NCBI RefSeq assembly: GCF_036321535.1
Contig: NC_087437.1
Span: 23,686,001-23,750,000, forward strand
Direction: 5' to 3'
From: Camelus dromedarius
Taxonomy: Eukaryota
Length of the DNA: 64,000 nucleotides
Under the pieces are notes generated by a model. The model was given only the letters and a program-made list of their open reading frames with translations, was not told where the DNA came from and searched no databases. Positions within the stretch are counted from its first letter, which is position 1; every line of letters begins with the position of its first letter. A program made the translations under genes and the position numbers. Positions 55,001 to 64,000 of this stretch are shown here, piece after piece.

Positions 55001-55674
55001 CTGCAGGCAGTGTACAACCACAGAACTAGCAAGGTAACAAGAATGCAAAAGTGGCACCATCTGTGCTGGCTGTTACAAGATAGAATGAGAGCATAAAAAT
55101 GGTGCACACCAGTGTCTTCATCATCAGAGTCCCAACAGGCCCCTGCCCCTTTAGCAGTTGTTTTTAGATTAGCTAGTGAATCTTCTTTACTAGCTAATAT
55201 CATTTAGTTTAGATGTTTTTCAAACTGCTGTTTGCTGTCCTAGGGTGAGTCTGTCTATGAGTCCTTTAAGACTTTGTTCCCTACAGCACTTTGAGTCTCC
55301 TGGACATAAGTCCTGTTGGCTTCCAAGCCCAGATGTTTTGCAGGCTAGTCTGTCTCTCCATTGCAGGTCTCAAGGGCTGGGATGCCTGAAGGGAGGCATG
55401 AACCCCTTTCTTCTTGGGGAGAAGCTCCATATTTGTGAGATTTCTCCTGGTTGTGGGTCACTGCACCAAGTGTGGGTTTTTGGGTGAGAATACATCTCTG
55501 CCTTTCCAACCCATCTTGACGTGATCCTTACCGTATACTGTTGAAGAGCTGTTTAGCTAGTTGTCAGGTTTTTCTCAGAGGGAATTATTCCCTATGTAGC
55601 GGTAGATTTGGTATGCCCATGGTAGGAGATGAGTTCAGGCTGTTCTTATGCCACTATCTTGAACCACTTCTGAC
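49060..55674 (-). mobile_element. Near full-length degraded L1 (5'UTR, partial ORF1, ORF2, 3'UTR), about 6.6 kb
   Basis: ORF1-like 53812 (RLSANFS.EILSARRKW) and ORF2-like 52236 (NRPITSKDI...[13 protein letters not shown]). TSD attatttttaa at 49055-49065 and 55675-55685. Confidence 0.88.
50565..51096 (-). mobile_element. Young L1 3' end nested in the older L1
   Basis: Same 3'UTR as the 42873 copy, (TTG)n tail, flanking ggctg.tttt repeats; host L1 continues across it. Confidence 0.85.
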
Positions 55675-56844
55675 ATTATTTTTAAAAGCATGTTTACATT
55701 CACAAGTATGGTTAGCATTTTATTTGCTCATGAGTATTATTGAACTTCAGATGATCCTTCTCAGATTGTGTTCCTTCTTCCTGAATTATCTCCTTTAGAA
55801 ATGATCTGTGTGTGTAAAACTCTGTGTTTTTAAAAAAACTAATTTATGTATTTTTGTTTTATCCTTGAGATTTGTACTTTTGAAGAAAATAGAATTTGAG
55901 AGTTAAGATTTTTTTTTTAATCAATACTTTGAAGATATTCTACTTTCTCTGGTTTCCACTCTGTTGAGAAGTCAGTTGTCAGTCTAATTCCTTGTGGGAG
56001 ATTTATTGATTCTTTTGGGTTATTTTTCTTTGTTGTTCTGCTTTTTCACTCTGGTTTATATAGATGTTAATTTTTAATAAAATTACATAGGATTGTCCTT
56101 TATGAATTTCTGGATTCACGTTTCTTTGTTCTGGAAACTTTTTAGTGATTATTTATTCTCTATCCTATCTTAATTATTTGGAACTCCTCACTTTTGTATT
56201 TCCTTATCTCTGTAGTGCATTATGAATAATTTCTTCAACTATATCTCTCAGTTCACTATTCTTTTTCTCACTTTCATTTGATCTGCTATCTACTCTGTGT
56301 ATATTTCTCTTTCTTCAAATTTTCTTAATACTACATGACTCAGCCCTGCATACCTCTCTTGCTGTTTTCTGTCATTTCATTACATTTGGAGAATGAAGGT
56401 AGTTGCTTATGTTCATTGTGCCCCTAAGATCCAATTATAATCAAGTGACATTTTTTAAAATATTTCTACATATCTATGGTTTCCAAATAACAATGCATTA
56501 CTTTTGAATTAAAATGCAAAATAATGGTACTTTTAAAATGAAGTTTTAAATTATTGGAAATAACAATAAATTACATTGAATGAGCCATTATCCCCCTATT
56601 TTCAGTGACTTAGTCTTGTTTCTCATTAAGGCAAAGGATTTTAACTTTAACAATCACGTTTCCAAGACATTCTAGTTTTTATTTCCTTTGCAGTGTGAAC
56701 ACTAGTCCATGAAGTGATTTGGGGACTGAAGATTAGACCAAAAGCACAGATTGCAATTGATGATTTGAGGAGAAATATTGGCAAAGGTGTAGTTAAAATC
56801 TCAGAAAGTTAATGTTCAGCTAAATAGAATAAAAATAGACTCAC

Positions 56845-57006
56845 AACGAGGAAACTTGCTCCGAGCATCAGTGCTTTTACTTTAACATCAAGATCAAATG
56901 GAAACTGGATCCCAAATTTGTCAGCATTGGTGAATAGTTCCCTCATAAATCCAGCCCACTGTTTTGAAATCTTACCAATTACTATTTCTTCATCCAGGGA
57001 CAATAA
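56845..57006 (-). CDS. PLSCR-family penultimate coding exon, 162 bp (NLS, Ca-binding loop, start of C-terminal helix)
   Basis: ttttattttAG|TTA TTG TCC CTG GAT GAA...TTC CTC GTT|GTGAGT. Encodes [54 protein letters not shown], homologous to PLSCR1 GKISKHWTG...[30 protein letters not shown]. Confidence 0.96.
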
Positions 57007-59527
57007 CTAAAATAAAAAATATATATATAGTCTTAGATAAAATCTCTGAAATAAAAAGAATAGGTATTCCTATATCAGTTTTAGTAATTAAATATGACCT
57101 ATATGAGTAATAATCAAGCAAGCTGTAATATAACTATGGTTGTACCCTACAATAAAAAGAATAAGCAATATGGACACATAATAGCCTATAAAAACATCTA
57201 CAGACAATTTCTATATAAAAAGAGATTTTCAAATTGATTATATACAACTGATTTTATGTATGTGTTTGTATACATACACATATAATATATAATCTTTATA
57301 TATAATGCACATTATATATACAATTATGTTAATACATATAATTTGGAGAATTGATTTAATTGCAAAATGAAAACCACTAGCTGTTCAGCTAGTTAACTCT
57401 TTTCTAAGAGATACTAATTTTCTGAATTGCTCTATCTTTTCCTCATCCGCTTTTCTCCTGCACTTATCTAGACTCCTCAGGGCATCACTTCTCATACAAA
57501 ATATTCATTTCTCAACATTGGAGATACTCATGTGAACATAACAATAAATCTGTGATAAATCCTACTACTTGTCTGGTAGTGAATGCCAGATGAAAAGGTA
57601 GGGTGCTATGATGCAGCATAATAGGGAGATGATAGGCAGACTGAAAGAATCCGGGGGATGGTTTTAGAGCAAGCCTCTTAGGCAAAGTACCATTTAAACT
57701 GAGACTTGGCGGATCAATAGAAATTAGTGACAGAGAACTAGGAAAAGTGAGAGCCTCCTAGAGAAAGTCAACTACATGTGAAAATGCTCTGAATTAGGAA
57801 GTGAAATGAGTGAGGAGGGTAGTGATAGAAAATGAGTGAGAAGAGAGAGGTTTACAGGGCTAGGTCTTCCATAGCCTTGTAAGTAATGTTAAGGAATTTG
57901 AGGAAAGAAAACTATGGAAAAGTTTTATATAACTATGTCAAAACTTCCCCAGTTTTTTCACAACTCTGAACACATCATTCCCCCTTATTCTTGGCAAACA
58001 GCTTATATTTTACATTGAAGAAAAAATCGAGGCAGCTGGACAGAAACTTACGAAAACCCTAGACACCAGCCTAGAAAGTTGTTGTATCTGTACCAACACC
58101 CCCTGCTTCCTTCATGGTATGATGAATGGGACATCTCTATGCCTGTTCAAGGCCAGTTCCATACAGCCTTGGGTCTCATACCAAATAAGAGACAGTGTTC
58201 ATCAGATTTTCAATTTCTGCCGTTTCTCCACACTTTTCCTCCAATTTGGCTTCTTTCTTTTAAAATCAAAATATGCTAAGGACATACCTTTCATGAAGAT
58301 ACCTTCCTGTTCACCCTGTGCCCCCATCCAGCCAGGATCAGGATTATTGTAAGGCAGGGAGACAAGTCATACAAGTGCTTAGTGAGTTTTGGTCTTAACT
58401 AAAATTTTTGGTATTTGTTTATAACAGATTGTTTTGCATTAATTTTGATGTTTAAAACATGTCATTTATCTTAATTACTAGGTTTTTGATACCCCTTTAA
58501 ATTTTGTACCTGAGATCAATGTTTTATTTGCCTCGCTGTGGTCCTGTCCTATTACTAGGAAGTCCTTGGCTTCTGCCCTCTTTTTCATAGCCAAAAGTAT
58601 TAAAAGGTTTGTCCACATTCATGCACAAGATGACTTTCTCACAGAACCATTTGCCTCCCTTTCTTGCTCCTCGCTCTTGGAGATTACCCACAAGTGCCAG
58701 CTCTAAAATGGCTTTGCTTCGAAATTAGAAGAAATAGGAAGTATACCTTAGAGAAAGTTCTCAAAATACTAGAATAAAATAGAATTTATTGTATTACAAT
58801 GTGAGATATAAACCAATGATATTATTAAAAAATGAGCCAAGGTAGCTTTGGCTTCCAGAATTCTATGCATAGACTACTCTGTTGCATTGGTTTCCAACTT
58901 GAAATAGAGAAGAGTCCTGTGTGCGCACTTTGTTAAATTTTTCTAAGCTAAACTTACTATTGTTATTAATTAGAGTATGTTTTACTTAATCAGTACGTGC
59001 AAATGCTAATCAGAATTAGTATCACTAAACTGAATTGACATACTCTAGAGGAGGAAAAAAAAAGCAGGTAGTATTTTACCTAGGTTGTGTCCAAATTCCT
59101 GACTAGATATTAAAGATATTAAAACAAGCAAACATGTCCTTGATGAATACTGAAAGGCAGTACTTTTTTTCAAATTGAATATTTTATTAAACCAAGACAG
59201 TATTCTCTGTTGTTTAGGAATCTCCAGATTTAACCAAGTGTACTGGACTATCTAGCTTTATTAACTGTATTCAGTATATTTAGTAGTTCACTTTCAAAAT
59301 TATTATCTGAATTTTGGACATAATCTGAGAAATAAATCAGTAAGCATATAAAAATGTAATAAAATTGTATCATACCAGTTTTAGAATTTTATAAAAATTA
59401 GCATTAATGTATTATCTATAATTAATGCTGAATTGTCATTGTCCATTGCAATAATGCTTAATTTTCTGTTTCAATATTCTACGAAATATTAAATACAAAA
59501 CTTGTTGTTTGATAACTATATAGTTAA

Positions 59528-59662
59528 CACTTTATAAAAACCTTTTCTGGAGGGGAGGGAGGTAATTAGGTTGATTAATTGATTGACTGAGGTACTGGGG
59601 ATTGAACCCAGGACCTCATGCATGCTAAGCACACACTCTACCACTGAGCTATATCCTCCCCC
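59528..59662 (-). mobile_element. tRNA-derived SINE (vic-1-like)
   Basis: Same family as the 6267 copy; TSD tgataact.tata.ttaa at 59510-59527 and 59663-59680. Confidence 0.88.
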
Positions 59663-59902
59663 TGATAACTGTATACTTAAAATATAGCTTATAAAGGTGC
59701 CTTACAAGCTGCACAAACTGTAGAGTTTAAGAAAAGAAACTATGAATTAGATATTCAATTAAAAATAGGCAAATAGTTCTAGCAATAACATGATAATGTT
59801 TTTGTTTTCTTTTAATCACATTTATTAATTATTTTACTAGAAAATTATCAAGCTATTAACTAATTTGAACATGATAATCTTAAAACATAATGAATTACTC
59901 AC

Positions 59903-60064
59903 ATTAAAATTTTGTTCTTTGAGACAGCTAGAAAGCACACATGGCCCTCTGATTTTCATTACATCCTCCTTTTTTTCATTTTTTATTTTAAACATTGGCA
60001 AAAATGGGTGATAGTATTGATAAACATATCCAATTATTTCTCCTGGAGGAGCCTCAACTTTTAG
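59903..60064 (-). CDS. PLSCR-family internal coding exon, 162 bp (not in the supplied ORF track)
   Basis: ttttctAG|CTA AAA GTT GAG GCT CCT CCA GGA...AAT TTT AAT|GTGAGT. Encodes LKVEAPPGEIIGYVYQYYHPFLPMFKIKNEKKEDVMKIRGPCVLSSCLKEQNFN (scramblase APPG..IGYV.Q..HP..P.F.I.NE..EDV.KI.GPC motif). Phase 0 at both ends. Confidence 0.95.
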
Positions 60065-60159
60065 CTAGAAAATATTGAAAAATAGAACATTGATCAAATG
60101 AGATAAGTTTGATTTGTAAGTTACACTGTATTTACTTACATGCTACCTTTTAACTTTTT

Positions 60160-60202
60160 TTAAACATTTTTTATTGATTTATAATCATTTTACAATGTTG
60201 TG
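60160..60202 (-). mobile_element. 43-bp L1 extreme 3' end with TSD
   Basis: aacattttttattgatttataatcattttacaatgttgtg is identical to the end of the 42873 copy; 15-bp TSD accttttaacttttt at 60145-60159 and 60203-60217. Confidence 0.85.
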
Positions 60203-60410
60203 ACCTTTTAACTTTTTGTATATGTGAACAGAACTTTCTGACTTTAAGGCGTGCCCTATATTTGGGAATTGACTGGAAGTCTGAAACCCAGGATTTAGAT
60301 GTTGAAACCCCTGAATTGAGATCTGTTGCCGCTGCTCACCAACAACATGAAATGTGGATAAGTCACTTACCTCTCTGAAATTAATTTTTCCATTTGTAAA
60401 AGAAGGCAAG

Positions 60411-61682
60411 AACACTCCCTTACACCATACACAAAAATCAACTCAAAATGGATCAAAGACTTAAACATAAGACAAGATACAATAAACCTCCTAGAAGAAA
60501 ATATAGGCAAAACATTATCTGAAATACATATCAAAAATGTTCTCCTAGAACAGTCTACTCAAGCTATAGAAATAAAAGCAAGAATCAACAAATGGGACCC
60601 AATGAAACTTACAAGCTTCTGCACAGCAAAGGAAACCAGAAGTAAAACAAAAAGACAACCTATGGAATGGGAGAAAATTTTTGCAAATGAAACCACAAAG
60701 GCTTGATCTCCAGAATATATAAGCAGCTCATATGACTTAATAAGAAACAACCAAACAACCCAATCCAAAAATGGGCAAAAGACCTAAACAAGCAATTCTC
60801 CAAGGAAGAAATACAAATGATCAAAAGGCACATGAAAAAATGCTCAATATCACTAATTATCAGAGAAATGCAAATCAAAACTACAATGAGGTATCATCTC
60901 ACACCAGTCAGAATGGCCATCATTCAAAAATCCATAAATGACAAATTCTAGAGAGGCTGTGGAGAAAGGGGAACCCTCCTACATTGCCGGTGGGAATGCA
61001 GTTTGGTGCACCCACTGTGGAAAACAGTATGGAGATTCCTCAAAAGACTAGGAATAGACTTATCATATGACTGAGGAATCCCGCTCCTGGGCATATATCC
61101 AGAAGGAACCCTACTTCAGGATGACACCTGCACCCCAATGTTCATAGCAGCACTATTTACAATAGCCAAGACGTGGAGACAGCCTAAATGTCCATCAATG
61201 GATGACTGGATAAAGAAGAGGTGGTATATTTATACAATGGAATACTACTCAGCCATAAAAACCGACAACATAACGCCATTTGCAGCAACATGGATGCACC
61301 TGGAGAATGTCATTCTAAGTGAAGTAAGCCAGAAAGAGAAAGAAAAATACCATATGAGATCGCTCATATGTGGAATCTAAAAAAAAAAAAAAGCATAAAT
61401 ACAAAACAGAAACAGACTCATAGACATAGAATACAAACTTGTAGTTGCCAAGGGGGCAGGGGGTGGGAAGAGATAGACTGGGATTTCAAAATTGTAGAAT
61501 AGATAAACAAGATTATACTGTATAGCACAGAGAAATATATACAAGATCTTATGGTAGCTCACAGAGGAAAAAAGGTGACAATGAATATATATATGTTCAT
61601 GTATAACTGAAAAATTGCGCTCTACACTGGAATTTAATACATTATAAAATGATTATAAATCAATAAAGAATGTTAAAAAAAA
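60411..61682 (+). mobile_element. Young 5'-truncated L1 (ORF2 C-terminus and 3'UTR)
   Basis: ORF 61138 MFIAALFTIAKTWRQPKCPSMDDWIKK...FAATWMHLENVILSEVSQKEKEKYH; AATAAA and A-tail. Confidence 0.92.
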
Positions 61683-62427
61683 TGTAAGTGTGTATGCATA
61701 TATATTAGTGGGTACGTGTGCAAAGAAAGGGCCTATGCTGAATTGTTAGCAGTGGCTGTCTCCAGATGGTGGCCAGACACACAGCACTTTTTTTCCGTGT
61801 TGTTCTGTTTTCCAAGGGTCTTAACACTGAATATGCATTACTTTTGTAATTAGAAACAAAGTTATTAAAAGAATGTTTGAAAAAATGAGGGCAGTTAGAA
61901 TAGTAATTAATAAACTATTCTCTGGGGGCTTATGCGGATCACTTTTTAAGATTTCCATGCCCAAGAGATATGCCTTAAAAACTCCAGTTACACCAAAAAC
62001 TATTTATTATCTAAAATGTGAATTCGTTAAAATTCTTTATGTTCATTGTGATTTGAAGCCCAGTTCATCAGAACCGATAGAGACTGGTTGAATAAATTAT
62101 GGTATATCATCCATACAATGGGTTATTATGCAGCCATTTATGAGAATGAGGAAGCTCTGTTCATACTTATACAATCTACAAGCCATGTTATGTGTTAAAA
62201 AATTGTAGAAGAATGTTCACCATTTGTGTTTAAAACACACCCCCCACACACATATATAGCACACATATAGCACAAATATACATCTGTTACATAAATATTC
62301 ATAGAATATTTCTGGAAGAATACCTAACTCATAATAGCAATTGCCTCTGAAGAATACAGCAGCAGACTCAGGAGATGAGGGTTTGAGAGACATTGTTTCT
62401 CTGAATATACTTCTGTTAGCTAGCTTG

Positions 62428-62520
62428 CTCTTTTTCTTCCTTTCCTTCCCTTCCTCCCTTCCCCTCCTGCCTTCCCTTCCTTTCCTTTCCTCCCTGCCCT
62501 TCCTTTCCTTCCTTCCACTT
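62428..62520. repeat. Polypyrimidine (CCTT-like) low-complexity tract
   Basis: Directly visible. Confidence 0.8.
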
Positions 62521-62940
62521 TTATATATAAGGGCTTATATTCAGACTATCTAAAAATTCTTATAACTTAACAGGACAAATAGGTTCATTTAAAAATGTGC
62601 AACAGATTTAAACACTACATAAAAGATATTCAATATCTAACAAGCGTATGCAGGGAAATGCAAATAAAAATCACAATAATATTTTAGAGTAAAAAAGTTC
62701 TAAAACTCTCAATTTCTTGTGAATTTCATTGCCTTAAAAATATTTACAGTTATATGCATGATTTTTATCCTGCAGGTATGAGGTATGAATATATGATTCT
62801 CTCTCTGACATACTTCATTCCGGACAATCCTTTGTAGCCAAACCTAATGTTTTAATTTTAGCATACTGCCCAGGGTTGATGCTTTTCTGAAGGAACTCAA
62901 ATACATTCTAAATCACATGGTAGAAATAATATGTACTGAC

Positions 62941-63161
62941 CTTTTGTAGGCAGCAGTTACTCCAGCAACAGCTCCATCTTAGAGCTTTATGCATAGTGAT
63001 GACATCACAGCCTCTGTTATCATAAATTGTCATGGTAAAAGGCCTTGAAGGTCCACAGAAGTGTCTGAGGAAACAGTTGCTTTTCTCTTCTGCAAAGTAA
63101 ATTCTCTGTCCTTGATTGTCCATGACATCATATGTTTTGTTAGTTTCAAAATGGCTAAGGA
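62941..63161 (-). CDS. Phospholipid scramblase family gene (PLSCR1/2-like paralog), internal coding exon, 221 bp
   Basis: Minus strand reads ttctttAG|TC CTT AGC CAT TTT GAA ACT...CTA CAA AAG|GTCAGT. Translation LSHFETNKTYDVMDNQGQRIYFAEEKSNCFLRHFCGPSRPFTMTIYDNRGCDVITMHKALRWSCCWSNCCLQK matches the scramblase FETNNKY...GQRVYFA...CGPSRPFT...CC.CCLQ segment. Confidence 0.95.
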
Positions 63162-64000
63162 CTAAAGAATGAAACAATATGGTGATTTATTAATGCCAAA
63201 GGGACTTGTATAAATTGCATATCAAATTATGTTCAAATGTGAATAAGATGAGTAAGTTATGTAAGAAACCGCTTGGCTTTAAGTGGTTCTTCATTAGTAT
63301 CCATATTTTCTCACACAGAAAAATAGAAGTGATGCTAGCTACTCTTTGGTTCTTTTTACTGCTAAAATTCCATGCATAGCTTTTTTGTGTCATTTTGAAT
63401 TTCAGAGAAATTAACCTGTTACCATTATGTTTTGAGTTATTTTAAATTTTACTCCTCTTCATCTTTTCCTTCCTACAGGATGTGAAAATGACTTTCTTGG
63501 GTTTTCAGTCTGTCTAATAGAAACCAATAAAAAATATTTTACCTATGCTAAATTAACGGAGATAGCAGTCTCAAATATTAACCACATAAGACAGATTCAA
63601 ATTCACCTCTTTTGCAGGCAAATGGAAGTATTAACTTTTGTCCTAATAACTTTACTTCTGTGATTATGCAAATAAAACAATCCTAATTTTTTAAAAAAGT
63701 GCTTTCTGCACCAAACATTAACTACTGCACTACTTAGAAAAGAAAAAATAAAACAGAAGAAAAGTAAATATCCAGAAACAGAAGGCAATGTGTAGTATCC
63801 TCTCTTGAGGATTATTGTGTAGCTATTTAAAATGTTGGGTTTCAGGATAAAAAAAATTAAGTGGATAAATATAAAAAATTAGATGGACAGTGATTAAACA
63901 TTATTTTAAAGACCTCATCAAAGAAATATTTTTAAAAGCCTTCAGAAGAAACTTACTAGTTACATATGGATGATTTTTTCCTCCTAAGTTTTCTTAATTT

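Larger units (their letters stand above)
45960..64000 (-). other. 3' part of PLSCR-family gene locus (5' exons outside the window)
   Basis: Four in-frame exons with canonical splice sites; the last intron is about 10.8 kb and filled with retroelements. Confidence 0.88.

Noticed and set aside
49060..55674. Possible active L1
   Set aside because: ORFs are heavily disrupted, internally deleted and interrupted by a nested insertion.
63162..64000. Search for the short upstream PLSCR exon (IDQ..IHQQ.E.LE-like)
   Set aside because: No convincing match with splice sites; it is presumably beyond the window.
1..64000. CRISPR arrays, operons or prokaryotic defence systems
   Set aside because: The sequence is mammalian; there is no repeat-spacer array or dense ORF organisation.

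Overview
Mammalian (eutherian) genomic DNA, most likely camelid: two tRNA-derived SINEs resemble the camelid vic-1 family. It is repeat-rich and AT-rich, with no prokaryotic systems such as CRISPR arrays or operons. The right half holds the last four coding exons of a minus-strand phospholipid scramblase (PLSCR) family gene: 63161-62941, 60064-59903, 57006-56845 and 46085-46056. They splice in frame with canonical GT-AG sites, and the 5' exons lie beyond the window end. The protein is a divergent PLSCR1/2-like paralog, possibly the ortholog of mouse Plscr1l1/1700057G04Rik. The left end has a CpG island (about 1.54-2.75 kb) with minus-strand splice donors, probably the promoter/exon 1 of the next PLSCR gene (PLSCR4 by recalled synteny, which is inference). 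Between them I see an old tandem segmental duplication: three collinear homologous blocks of the region upstream of the CpG island are repeated at about 26-35.4 kb. Also present are a TSD-flanked L1 insertion with a 5' inversion and a likely 3' transduction of about 1.3 kb, a class I ERV remnant with an inverted second LTR, several solo LTRs, nested L1s, and sense-oriented retroelements carrying poly(A) signals in the PLSCR introns. I found no evidence of a wholly new biological system. The best candidates for novelty are the divergent scramblase, the regulatory-region duplication and the transduction.
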